Origin: Coriobacteriia bacterium
Lineage (GTDB): Bacteria > Actinomycetota > Coriobacteriia > Coriobacteriales > UBA8131
DNA length: 64,000 bases
Reading direction: 5' to 3'
Assembly: GCA_009783085.1 (NCBI GenBank)
Contig: WRHU01000004.1
Location: 76,380 to 140,379 of the forward strand
The position numbers were made by a program, and so were the translations under genes. Each line of letters starts with the position of its first letter. Position 1 is the stretch's first letter. The notes beneath the pieces were generated by a model. That model saw only the letters and a program-made list of their open reading frames with translations, did no database searches and was not told the DNA's origin. Of the stretch, positions 37,703-47,286 are shown in pieces.

Positions 37703-39646
37703 CTAGCCCCGGTTAAGGATTAAGTCCTGATACAGCGCAGTGGTTCTCAAGGACGGCAATATGCCCAGCTCCTCATGGAGAAACTCCTTGCACGCAAAAT
37801 AGGTTTCTATGGCAGAGGTACGCTGTCCCGCACTTGACTGCGCATCCATCAAGGCCCGATACACGTCCTCACGCGCGTGATCATAATCATAAGCGCGACG
37901 GGTGAACCACAAAGAGGACTGCACATCTCCCCTGCCGCTTGTAAGGTCGGCGGCAGTAAGAAGAGCATCAACAAGCAGGTTGTGTTGCCGCTTGCGATAC
38001 TGCAACAAAGCTCCATCGAGCCGAACCCCTACCAACAAATCATCGCGGTACAAACTCTCCATCTGAAACACGGCCTCAAGGCGTTGCTCACAACTGAGCT
38101 CACTACGGATTACCTTGCGCGCCTGCTCCTCAAACTGGTCAACATCGCTGGCAACCAACTCGCTGTCAAAATAGTAGTGCGAACCATTGCGGAAAAAGTA
38201 CCGCTCCTCGGCATCAGGAGAGGGGGCAAGCGTGCGGGTAAGTCGAGAGGCCGTAACATGAAAATTGTTGACTGCCCGCTCCCCTTCAAACTGCGGCCAA
38301 AATTGCTGAATGACCGTGTCGCGCGTTACACATTTTCTTGGGCTGAGAAGTATGAGAGCCAAAAGGCTCTGAACTCGCTTGCCGCGCAGGTAACGATGCT
38401 CAACGCGCGTATTGCCTCGATATATCTCAAGCTCTCCGAAAAGGCGAACATAAAGAGGTTCTTGCTCGGCACGTATTTTTGCTCTGCGGAGCGTTTTGGC
38501 GTTGGGCATTTTTACCCGTGACGGTTTGACTTCTAGTTCATAGGCGTTCGGCTCTTTTGCGCTTGGATCGAGCACTTTTGCGCCTGGGGTGAGCACTTTT
38601 GCGTCCAGCGCATGTGTGCCTGGTATTTTTTCAACCGCTTGCGCAGCTGATGTTTTCTCGTTTGTGTGTGCTTCATTTATCTGCCCTCCGCTTGCCTGCG
38701 CTTGGTTTGCAACCAAAAGTTCAACACAAGACAGGGTTTCATGCGAGCGAGCGTGCTTACCTTTCTTGAGAAGCTCCATTGAAAGGCGGGTTAGGGTTTC
38801 TATAATACGTTCGGCGCGCTTCTCGCAAGGCGCATCGCCATAGTATTCCGAAAAAACTTCTTGGATTGACGGCAATAAGTGCGCAAGCGGCATTCCCTTA
38901 AGGACAAGCTTGGTGGGCTGCTCATTATCTAGTTCAAAAAGTGGATTGAGCGTAGCAACCATCTGAGCCACATCGTCATGCACCGAAAACCCGAGCGAGC
39001 AGGCCTCTTTAGTTTCAAGCTCTTGCAGTATTGCCGCCAGCGTTGCAAAAAGACGAAGCTCGAGCGGCAAATCGTCGCACAGAAAATGCAGCGTGCAATC
39101 GAGTTGTTGCTCAGGCGTGCTGTGCATCTTGTTCAAAAGGTTAGCGCCTGCTATAAGGCAGCGGTCGGACTGGAGGTTGTCGTAGCAATCGCACTGCGGC
39201 GTCGTTATCACCAAAACGCGCCAACCTTGCTCAACCAGTGTATCAAGGTCATCTGAGAGGCGCTGCGCCTGCCACGGCTCAAGGTAAGTTAAGTCGTCTA
39301 TGATGAGCATCTGCTCGCTCACATTAGGAACGGCGTTTTTAGTGAGAAACCCGAGGAGGCTTCCTGTTTCAACCCCTTGCACAAACACCTCTGTGCTGCC
39401 ATCGAGCCAGTGAACGTTTTCATCTTGGCGGTACTTTTGAATATAGCGATACGCCAAAGAGGTGCGTCCTGAACAACGTGGCGCAACGATAAAGCTCGGC
39501 ACATCTGCCGCAAGATGAATACTTTTGGCAAGGCCATCGAAGTAGCGCTCAGCTTCCTCCTGAGCAATGCTATTGGCTATTTTATTTGTGTTCGAGCTTG
39601 CTAGCATATTTGTTTCTAGAAGAATGCCTTTGAGTGTGTCGTGCAT
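37703..39646 (-). CDS. BTAD-domain (SARP-like) transcriptional regulator with a degenerate N-terminal NTPase-like region
   Basis: C-terminal LYVRLFGELEI (wHTH start), SDVDQFE, LYRDDLL, REDVYRALM and LGILPS (BTAD); N-terminal APRCSGRTS and LIIDD. Confidence 0.82.
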   Translation of the reverse strand: MHDTLKGILLETNMLASSNTNKIANSIAQEEAERYFDGLAKSIHLAADVPSFIVAPRCSGRTSLAYRYIQKYRQDENVHWLDGSTEVFVQGVETGSLLGFLTKNAVPNVSEQMLIIDDLTYLEPWQAQRLSDDLDTLVEQGWRVLVITTPQCDCYDNLQSDRCLIAGANLLNKMHSTPEQQLDCTLHFLCDDLPLELRLFATLAAILQELETKEACSLGFSVHDDVAQMVATLNPLFELDNEQPTKLVLKGMPLAHLLPSIQEVFSEYYGDAPCEKRAERIIETLTRLSMELLKKGKHARSHETLSCVELLVANQAQASGGQINEAHTNEKTSAAQAVEKIPGTHALDAKVLTPGAKVLDPSAKEPNAYELEVKPSRVKMPNAKTLRRAKIRAEQEPLYVRLFGELEIYRGNTRVEHRYLRGKRVQSLLALILLSPRKCVTRDTVIQQFWPQFEGERAVNNFHVTASRLTRTLAPSPDAEERYFFRNGSHYYFDSELVASDVDQFEEQARKVIRSELSCEQRLEAVFQMESLYRDDLLVGVRLDGALLQYRKRQHNLLVDALLTAADLTSGRGDVQSSLWFTRRAYDYDHAREDVYRALMDAQSSAGQRTSAIETYFACKEFLHEELGILPSLRTTALYQDLILNRG

Positions 39647-39674
39647 GAGAGCCTCCTGTTTTAGCAGTTGATGG

Positions 39675-42600
39675 TTAGTTCTGGTGTTTCTTGTTGTGTT
39701 TCTGAGTCTTTTGGGGAGCGCGGCGCATTCTTGCTGTTGCTCCTGCTGTTCTTGTTGCTCTTGCTGCTTTTATTGCTCCTGCCGGTCTTGTTGTTCTTGC
39801 CGCGTGCAATGGGCGCGCTACACCTGATACCCCAGACGAGCTTGAAGCCGCCCTCACCCTCAATAAGCTCTTTCTTAATATCACTCCAAATACTACGCAC
39901 AATCCCAGCAGAAAGCCTACGGCACCAAACAGAAACCAAACGCCTTTTGCGTCGCCCGTTTGCGGATAGCCCATTGCAATAACACCCTCGTTCCCAGACG
40001 GTATCGAGAAAGAAAACTCCGTAAAAAAGGAAGTTATGGTTGTGGTAGCAACATGGTCATTTACTTTGTCGGTTAGTACGGCGTTGCGCGCGATATTTGC
40101 CTGTGCCGATGCCGTGATTTGCTGAGGTGGAAGGATTTCTTGCGGGCACACAACAAGATAATACGCCGGATACGGATTTGCTGCCGAAGCACCTGAAGCT
40201 GGCTGCGTAAGATTGAAGTTTTGGGCAAGGGTGCTCTCCGACCAATCCAACGAAGACTTATTGAGCTGCTGTCTTGTAATGAGTCCTTTTGCAGTGCTAA
40301 AACCAACCTCAACCGAACCATACTCGTAGCGCACGCCGGTAATGTACTCATCATCTGCCAAGCCAAGGTCTGCAACATACAAATGCGTTGTTTCTGTTGT
40401 AGAAAGGTTTTCTGCCCAGAGCTGCCACCCTGCAGAAGAATAGAGCTGTACATTTTCAGGATTGTTGGGATTATACGGATTATTACTCATAGCATTAGCG
40501 TTTGAATAATTAGTGGTTGGGTCTGTTTGGTTGGTGCGATACCACAGATTAAAGCACCCATCGGTATCACCGGTAGCAACGGGTGTCCACAGCTGCGTCA
40601 AACGAACCTGCCCCGCCTGAGCATTTTCCATGGGGTCTACTACGGTGAACTCATCAGCGCGTACATTGGAGGTTGAGCGGAACCCTACCTTGTAGGCATA
40701 CTCCTCCGTGCCAATGTTATTTATTTGCAGATAATCCTCATCCATGGTTCTAAAAGCTGCCGAGGTAATGTTGATAGTATCTTTATAAACCTCGCACGAG
40801 AGTTGTATAAGTTCGTCGTAAAATACCTGAATTTCATCGGTTGAGGTGGGAACAATTTCGAAATACTGAACGGGACTTTGCCCGCTTTCTTGTGCTGAAG
40901 CATACTGAGGGTTTGGCAGAGTTTCTTCAAGGCGATATGAGCCAGAGGTGAGCTGCGGATAAGCAACCTTACCGTTGTTGTCTGTTGTAAGTGTAGCAAT
41001 GAACTCCCAGCTGCCGTGTTCGTCGGTTATGTGCGCCGCGTCTGGATTTTTAGGTTCGTTACCTTTTTTGAGCTTTTTGTGAAGGGTGAACTCCGTGTTT
41101 GCAACGGGTTTTTCAGTGCCCTTTTCAAGCTTATTTATTTCTAGGTCGCGCCGCTTGTTTTTGCGGGTAATACTTTTGGTTGCGTCGTCGGCAGTAAGCG
41201 TAACTATCTCACTTGCGTCTTTGGGTAAAATCCACCCGTCAACTGGCTCAAGCTCAACAATCAAATAGGTACCTGGTTCAAGCGGAGAGAACAAGACTGT
41301 GCCGGTTTCGTCGGTTCTCTTTTGTGTGCGCGGCTCGTCTTTGAACACGCCAGAGCCTTCTACCTCTTCTTCATACAGGGCAAAGAGTGCGCCTTCAAGG
41401 GGCTCATTGCTGTCTGCGTCCACCTTTTTAAGTTCGATGGTTCGAGGCGTTTCGGGAACAATGAGAGCGTTTAAGCGCTCAATGCTGTCTTGTTTGATAC
41501 CATCGGTATAAAGCTCTCTGTTTACTCTGTTGTTGGCTCCCGGAGTAATTTTGAGCAGTGAGATGGGGTTAGGGTCTGGGAGCAGGTAAGCAGCTGGAGC
41601 CTTTGTTTCTTGGATAATGACGGTGCCGAGGGGGATTATAGGATAACCTGCACTAATAAGATAAAGAGGATCAGAGCTTGCCAATAAATAATCGTTAGAG
41701 AGCCATGCAATGCCATTATCCTTCGTTTCTAACACCCATGTTCTCGTCGGAGCACCCGAAGCTCGGGCTGCTTCTGGGGTGTCGTAGTAACCCGCATAGT
41801 ATTCCCACGTAAACTGAGCACCCGCAAGGCTTGCGCCCGTTGGATCGTCAATGCCGTAGGCCTCACCCGTGCGAGGATCGAGCTTTTGAATTTTCACAGG
41901 GGCAGGATCACCCAAGGGCGCGTCATGCACCCGAAAATCAAAGCTAATAACGGTGCCTGGGCGAGCAGGAGTAAGCGAAAAGCGCACGGGGTCAGGGTTG
42001 AGGGCGTAGCCGGGAGGGGCTTGGGTTTCTTTAACATAATACGCTCCGAGAGCAAGTCCTTTCAACGTGTTAGAATTGCCGTTTTTGTCCGTGGTAAGCG
42101 TACCTACTTTAGCCCCACTTATCTCATAGAAAACATCAAAGGTTGCGCCTTCAAGTGAATAGCAAGGGTTGTTTTCGGTAATGCCTGAGTTTGCGGATAG
42201 TTTTTGCAGCCATACTTGTCCAGTTTGAGGTGCGTCGTTAAAAGTTATAGTTCTGTTTTGATTGGCGTGGTTTAAGACAAAGGTTTTTACCTCACCAGAG
42301 AGGTTGTAGCCAGCAGGGGCTTCGAGTTCAATCATAAAGTAGTTGCCATAAAGCAGTTGCTTTGACCATTCTGAGAAACCGTCGGAACCTTTAACCACAA
42401 GCATGCCTTCAAAGGTAGCATACGAGCTATACTGGCTGTTGCTTATGTAGCTATTAACCGCTGACTGGCGTGTCGCCTCATTGCTTAGAAGGTTCCTCAC
42501 GTTTGTGGCGTGTGCTGTTCTTTGAGTACTTGTAAGGCTTGGTTTGAACTTAAATACACCAAAAGTCGCACCGGCAAAGGAGTACATACCTCCACTGGTC

Positions 42601-43469
42601 GCAGGGGTTTTTGAGGCATCGGTCGAGCCTTTTCTCACTTGGGCTTTGGTCTTTATCTTAAAGCGCATTTCTCCTTCAGCAGCACCTTGGAACCGTGGGC
42701 CAAAGTCGATCTTTACTGCGTACACATAAACATCGGTTCGATGGTCAAAACCACGATACGTTAGTGTTAGATCACCTGTTTGGTGTAGGGCTGGATTGTT
42801 TCTGCCGGGTGTTTGGCACCAAAGTTCTGTAACGGTACGACTAACCGCATATTCATTTGCGGTGGTTGGGTCGGTGATAGTAATATATGCCGTAAACTTG
42901 TTGTTTGTCCCCGACATGACAGTTTGGTTGTCAGGGGATTTAGTTCCTGGCTTCCACGTTTCAAGCTTTGTAATTTCTCCATAGCCATACATGGTGTTTT
43001 TCAGAGGAGGGTTTGGTGGCGTAATGCTTGTGTCAAGATTTTTGTCGGCCGTCCAGACCAAGAGGTCAAAGGAGGAGTCCGAATAATAATCTCCAGCATC
43101 ATCTTTGTTAATGGTAGGGCCATCAGCGGCAAGAGGTACGATGGGCTCATCTGCCAAAGGAACAGTCGGTTCGTCTTCATGAGGCTCATTGAGAGAGTCA
43201 GCGTTTTCTTTGGCAGGCTCATTGCCTCTTTTCGTTTTTGATGCCGATTGATCGTCCTTAGCATTCTCTGTTTTGTCAGGCACAAAAGCTGAAGTCGCTT
43301 TGTCATCGGAGCGCTCCCCTACTCGTCCAGCCTCTGTAGAATCCGCCTCACTTCTGGTAGTTGAAATCTCTGACAGCGGTGCCGCCCCAAAGAGCATTGG
43401 CAAAACAAGGAGGAGTGATATGAGTATCGTCAAGACGCTCTTTAGTGGCTTTTTAGATAGTGCTTTCAT
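39675..43469 (-). CDS. Large SpaA/Cna-B repeat isopeptide adhesin with an LPXTG-like sorting signal
   Basis: Signal peptide; about five K..…L.GA.F…G.Y…E..AP.GY units; YPQTG followed by a TM helix and basic tail; SD GAAAGG before ATG 43469. Confidence 0.85.
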   Translation of the reverse strand: MKALSKKPLKSVLTILISLLLVLPMLFGAAPLSEISTTRSEADSTEAGRVGERSDDKATSAFVPDKTENAKDDQSASKTKRGNEPAKENADSLNEPHEDEPTVPLADEPIVPLAADGPTINKDDAGDYYSDSSFDLLVWTADKNLDTSITPPNPPLKNTMYGYGEITKLETWKPGTKSPDNQTVMSGTNNKFTAYITITDPTTANEYAVSRTVTELWCQTPGRNNPALHQTGDLTLTYRGFDHRTDVYVYAVKIDFGPRFQGAAEGEMRFKIKTKAQVRKGSTDASKTPATSGGMYSFAGATFGVFKFKPSLTSTQRTAHATNVRNLLSNEATRQSAVNSYISNSQYSSYATFEGMLVVKGSDGFSEWSKQLLYGNYFMIELEAPAGYNLSGEVKTFVLNHANQNRTITFNDAPQTGQVWLQKLSANSGITENNPCYSLEGATFDVFYEISGAKVGTLTTDKNGNSNTLKGLALGAYYVKETQAPPGYALNPDPVRFSLTPARPGTVISFDFRVHDAPLGDPAPVKIQKLDPRTGEAYGIDDPTGASLAGAQFTWEYYAGYYDTPEAARASGAPTRTWVLETKDNGIAWLSNDYLLASSDPLYLISAGYPIIPLGTVIIQETKAPAAYLLPDPNPISLLKITPGANNRVNRELYTDGIKQDSIERLNALIVPETPRTIELKKVDADSNEPLEGALFALYEEEVEGSGVFKDEPRTQKRTDETGTVLFSPLEPGTYLIVELEPVDGWILPKDASEIVTLTADDATKSITRKNKRRDLEINKLEKGTEKPVANTEFTLHKKLKKGNEPKNPDAAHITDEHGSWEFIATLTTDNNGKVAYPQLTSGSYRLEETLPNPQYASAQESGQSPVQYFEIVPTSTDEIQVFYDELIQLSCEVYKDTINITSAAFRTMDEDYLQINNIGTEEYAYKVGFRSTSNVRADEFTVVDPMENAQAGQVRLTQLWTPVATGDTDGCFNLWYRTNQTDPTTNYSNANAMSNNPYNPNNPENVQLYSSAGWQLWAENLSTTETTHLYVADLGLADDEYITGVRYEYGSVEVGFSTAKGLITRQQLNKSSLDWSESTLAQNFNLTQPASGASAANPYPAYYLVVCPQEILPPQQITASAQANIARNAVLTDKVNDHVATTTITSFFTEFSFSIPSGNEGVIAMGYPQTGDAKGVWFLFGAVGFLLGLCVVFGVILRKSLLRVRAASSSSGVSGVARPLHAARTTRPAGAIKAARATRTAGATARMRRAPQKTQKHNKKHQN

Positions 43470-43558
43470 GGGTTGTCCTTTCTTTTTGGAGCTTTCTTGT
43501 TGTATGTAAAAACGTGCAAAGGACTTTTCAATAGCACTGATAATTTTACTAAGTTTTA

Positions 43559-44614
43559 TCACTTCTTTACCAACTTCCAGTAGCCGGATACGACCCAGAC
43601 TTCTCCGTAGACAGCAGGGTGATGGATAGTGACAGCTACTAGGGTGTTGTAGTAGCCGTAGAGCTCGCTGACGGCATAATGCGCTTCCATGTGTTCTTGG
43701 AATTCGTTGTAAGGAACAGAGAGAAGAAAAACTTGACCACAGTCGCAAACCACCGCTGGAACATGAACTTCCTCATCCCACGCAGGCGTTACCACCACCC
43801 GCTCATAGTGTGAGGTGTCAGTCCATACATAGGTGTAGTTAGGGTTCGAAGGTGCCGGTGGTCGCTGTGAGCGGTTAGCGTAGATTTTTCCGCTCTTGGG
43901 CTTACAAAACGCGCCTTTGCCACCCTTGCACACGGCGCGCACTTTGAAGTAGTACGTTTTGTTTGGCTTAAGCTTTTTGTTGGTAAAACTTTTCTTGACA
44001 CCACTTTGGACAACGCCAGCCTTGGTATATTTGCCAGTTTTAGACGTTGCACGGTACACCTCATAGCCGGTTGCACCAGCAACAGGCTTCCAGGATATTT
44101 TAATAACATCATGGCTTGTTGCAGCAGTCTTAATCTGAGGTGCCTTTGGCACGGGCTTTCCTGCAACTACCTTGCTAAACGCACCTTTTTTGGCACCAGA
44201 AACAGTGCGAACTTTATAATAATAGGTCTTGCCCGTTTTGAGTTTCTTATTAGTAAAGCTTGTTTTGGTACCGCCTTGGATAGTACCAACCTTAGTATAT
44301 TTGCCCTTTTTGGCCGTTGCTCGGTAGACCTCGTAGCCGGTAGCGTCCGCACTCTTTTTCCATGTTATTTTCACAGAAGTATGACCCACAGATGTCACTT
44401 TGACACCCTTAACCTTCTTGGAAGCTTTTGCCGTAAGGGTTTGCAGGGTAAACGCAAGGTCATTTGCCATACCACCATCTTGAGGGGCACGCGCATTGCC
44501 TTCTTGCCTAGCAGGGATATCCGAAACAGCATATGCATTGCCAGCTGGTACAGCCAACGCTAACGCCAAAACAAAAGACAACAAGGCAACAAAATGTTTA
44601 GGGGAATTTTTCAT
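43559..44614 (-). CDS. Secreted protein with two fibronectin type III domains and a Cys/His C-terminal module
   Basis: Signal peptide; duplicated KITWKK...ATGYEVYRAT...LK..KTYYYKVR; C-terminal VCDCG...HMEAH. Confidence 0.82.
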   Translation of the reverse strand: MKNSPKHFVALLSFVLALALAVPAGNAYAVSDIPARQEGNARAPQDGGMANDLAFTLQTLTAKASKKVKGVKVTSVGHTSVKITWKKSADATGYEVYRATAKKGKYTKVGTIQGGTKTSFTNKKLKTGKTYYYKVRTVSGAKKGAFSKVVAGKPVPKAPQIKTAATSHDVIKISWKPVAGATGYEVYRATSKTGKYTKAGVVQSGVKKSFTNKKLKPNKTYYFKVRAVCKGGKGAFCKPKSGKIYANRSQRPPAPSNPNYTYVWTDTSHYERVVVTPAWDEEVHVPAVVCDCGQVFLLSVPYNEFQEHMEAHYAVSELYGYYNTLVAVTIHHPAVYGEVWVVSGYWKLVKK

Positions 44615-45846
44615 GCAAAGCTCCCTTCGGGCTCAACCTCAATAATTTCATCGAGTGGACTTGCAGCCGCCATCTCAAAAAGACGTTTTTGGAGATCTAT
44701 CTCACACGCAAGTGGAAGCTGAAACAAAAGGCAACCACGCCATACCACGTTAAGAAACTCGCCCTTATCCACAAGGGATTGTTTTACACGAACAACATGT
44801 GCCACGGTAGGAGACACCAATGAGCAACCCTCGGGAACAACAAAAGTTGCACGTCCCTCAACAAGACGCACGTGCTTTCTCGCCAGCGTTTTGGCAGATC
44901 CATTCTCGTCAAGAGCTATGAGCTTTACGTTCCAGCGACGGATAAAGAATGCAAAAGCAAGCACTCCCAACAGCAAAACACCTACAGTCGTTGCCATTGC
45001 GCCGTATGGCACTGAAGTGCCTGGGATAGTTTCGAACAGGAGTGGTGACATGGGTAGCGCAAAGGGAGCAGAAACAACCTGAGCCTGCGGCACAAGCTCG
45101 GTGTCAATCAGCGTAAACGTACCACGATATAAAGCAGTTGCGGTAATATAGTCAACAATCAGTTCTCGCTCGCTGCCACGATACGTTACCTCCGCCGTAT
45201 AGCCAACTGGACGTCCTGCAGCATCAGTGCTTTTTGAAATCCATCGTATTGCTGCCATTTCGAGGTCTGCCGTAATGCTGGCCCCCGGACCCTCATCACT
45301 TGAAATAAGATACGCACGTGAGGTGGGAATATGGATAATGTCTGCAGCAGGAAGATTGCTATACCAGGCAACGCGCTCAATTTGACGCTCCACAGTTCTA
45401 TAGGCTGGCTCAAAGGTCAAAGATTCGAAGTCCAAATAGCCCTCGAACGTATCGTCGGCATAAAACACACGTGCCTCAAAAGCCTGTCTTATAGCTTCGT
45501 ATCCACCCTCCAGCAGCTCGGGAGCAACAATGCGTGTAATCGTTTTGGCACGCACCTCCTCAACCGTGCGAACTACTTCTTGTTCGTTTTGCTCGTGGGG
45601 GCTTTCGAACAGAGGGCTTCGAAGCTGCTCGTTTTGAGGCGTCCTATCATTATCTTGCTCCGCATACGCCAATGGAGAACAAAGAACAAAAAGGCTCAGC
45701 AGCACTGCCACAGCAACAAGAAAATATGAGGTTCTTGACAAAATAGTAAATAAATTTGCTTGATTGCTATCATAGTGATATAGTTGCTTATGTGACCTTG
45801 CAAACGAACGCATGACTTCCTCTTTCGTGTGGGGCAGTTGTGGCAA
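44611..45846 (-). CDS. Hypothetical exported protein with a TM anchor
   Basis: Hydrophobic segments near the N-terminus and at about aa 285-305; ATGA-coupled to the FN3 gene; start uncertain. Confidence 0.7.
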   Translation of the reverse strand: MPQLPHTKEEVMRSFARSHKQLYHYDSNQANLFTILSRTSYFLVAVAVLLSLFVLCSPLAYAEQDNDRTPQNEQLRSPLFESPHEQNEQEVVRTVEEVRAKTITRIVAPELLEGGYEAIRQAFEARVFYADDTFEGYLDFESLTFEPAYRTVERQIERVAWYSNLPAADIIHIPTSRAYLISSDEGPGASITADLEMAAIRWISKSTDAAGRPVGYTAEVTYRGSERELIVDYITATALYRGTFTLIDTELVPQAQVVSAPFALPMSPLLFETIPGTSVPYGAMATTVGVLLLGVLAFAFFIRRWNVKLIALDENGSAKTLARKHVRLVEGRATFVVPEGCSLVSPTVAHVVRVKQSLVDKGEFLNVVWRGCLLFQLPLACEIDLQKRLFEMAAASPLDEIIEVEPEGSFA

Positions 45847-45998
45847 AGGTTAATTGCTTGACTGCTTGACTTTGTTAGGGTATGCTAGCATACACACATT
45901 TTTTCGGGTTGTCAAGCTGATTTGAAAAGTTTTTTCGAAAACTAGTAAAAACTACCAGAAATGTCGTAAAAATAAACGATGCGAGAAAAGGAGTAATT

Positions 45999-46238
45999 AT
46001 GGAAACTACAACGAAGACAGCTCCAAAGCGGGGGGCAAAGGCACTGCAGAAGGCACTGCAAAATGAAAAGGGTGTTGATCGCCCTACCGTTTATAAGGGG
46101 TTTTATATCTACGCAGATCAGTACGTTAAGCTTCTTGAGCTTTCTGCCTACAACAAAATCAACGGCGTTGAGCCCAGCAACTCTTCGGAGATAATCCGTG
46201 TTGCGCTTGACGAGTTTATCGCAAAGCACGCCTCCTAG
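45999..46238 (+). CDS. Small ribbon-helix-helix-like (CopG/ParG-type) DNA-binding protein
   Basis: SD AGGAG; beta-strand YKGFYI followed by helices ending SEIIRVALDEFI. Confidence 0.6.
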   Translation: METTTKTAPKRGAKALQKALQNEKGVDRPTVYKGFYIYADQYVKLLELSAYNKINGVEPSNSSEIIRVALDEFIAKHAS

Positions 46239-46248
46239 TTTTAACAAC

Positions 46249-46288
46249 GCTCCTGCGGGGGCGGTCAGCTGACCGCCCCCGCAGGAGC
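46249..46288. repeat. Perfect 40-bp GC-rich palindrome
   Basis: GCTCCTGCGGGGGCGGTCAG|CTGACCGCCCCCGCAGGAGC, with no spacer and no U-tract on the plus strand. Confidence 0.95.
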
Positions 46289-46317
46289 CAACAAAAGAGA
46301 AATGAACCAAAGGTACC

Positions 46318-47268
46318 ATGATTAACAAAGGTCGCTTTAACAATTTACATCTCTATGAAGTCACCGAGCAGGACTTGCTCATTCCTACTGAGAAGTCTGC
46401 GCACTACCGCCAAGGCAACGTTCTCATTTTTGCCGATAAGAAAAACATTGACTTTGGCTTTGAGCTTGCCAAAGCCGATGACCTCACCGCTGCACAAGAA
46501 TACCTTGCCAATAGCGAAACGCTTATGTATGAGCGTATTCAGGAATTGGAAGGGCAAATACAGCAGCTCAATGTGGGCATTCAGCAGCGTGAGGGTCTTT
46601 TGCAAGACCTTACGGCAGATTTGCGTCACGAGCGCGATATATCCGGCGTACTTAAACAAGAACTTGAAGAAGCGTACGAAAAACTCGAGGTTGAGCTCGC
46701 AAGCCGCGATGAACTCGTTGGCGATTTGCAACAGGCAAGCGCTGGAACGCACACCGTTGAGGCCGCCTTGCAAAAGACTCTTGATGAAAAAGAAAAACTT
46801 ACCCAAGAGCTGGCAACGCACGTGGTTGATTTGGTTGACCTCGACCTACAGAACAAGGAGCTTAAGCGACTTTTGGAGCAAGCCACAAAAAGCTCCGAAA
46901 AGGCACCCGCAGCAATAAGCGTGGCTGATGACACATCAAAAAATCCTTCTACCCTCTCTGCCGCTCCTACCTCCGTAGCTCCCCTCTCTACCCCTGCTAA
47001 CGCTGCAAGCCTCGCAAACGCTGCAGACAACAGCTCTGTTCTCACCATGTCAACGGGCAAGCAGGTTCATGTTTACCATGAGTTTTCGGCTCCGCCCAAA
47101 CGGGGAACCAAAGCCCTTGTATCGGGAGCCATTCGAAATATCGTGCGCATTGGGACAGTCGTCTTTGTCGCTGCCGTCGTGGCTTTGGCGCTCAGCGTTG
47201 TCGCAACTGCCTATCTCAACAAAGTAAGCTTTGGAGAAGCCTTTGATATTCTGTTTGCAATGATTTAG
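46318..47268 (+). CDS. Hypothetical coiled-coil protein with a C-terminal membrane anchor
   Basis: Long heptad-rich E/L/Q region, an Ala/Ser/Pro linker and a C-terminal hydrophobic helix. Confidence 0.7.
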   Translation: MINKGRFNNLHLYEVTEQDLLIPTEKSAHYRQGNVLIFADKKNIDFGFELAKADDLTAAQEYLANSETLMYERIQELEGQIQQLNVGIQQREGLLQDLTADLRHERDISGVLKQELEEAYEKLEVELASRDELVGDLQQASAGTHTVEAALQKTLDEKEKLTQELATHVVDLVDLDLQNKELKRLLEQATKSSEKAPAAISVADDTSKNPSTLSAAPTSVAPLSTPANAASLANAADNSSVLTMSTGKQVHVYHEFSAPPKRGTKALVSGAIRNIVRIGTVVFVAAVVALALSVVATAYLNKVSFGEAFDILFAMI

Positions 47269-47286
47269 AAATCCTCTGGTAAAAAA

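Noticed and set aside
39661-39939. Alternative-frame ORF overlapping the adhesin's C-terminal tail, suggesting a frameshift
   Set aside because: The main frame already supplies YPQTG, TM and basic tail. The alternative ORF is explained by a 9-bp low-complexity repeat.
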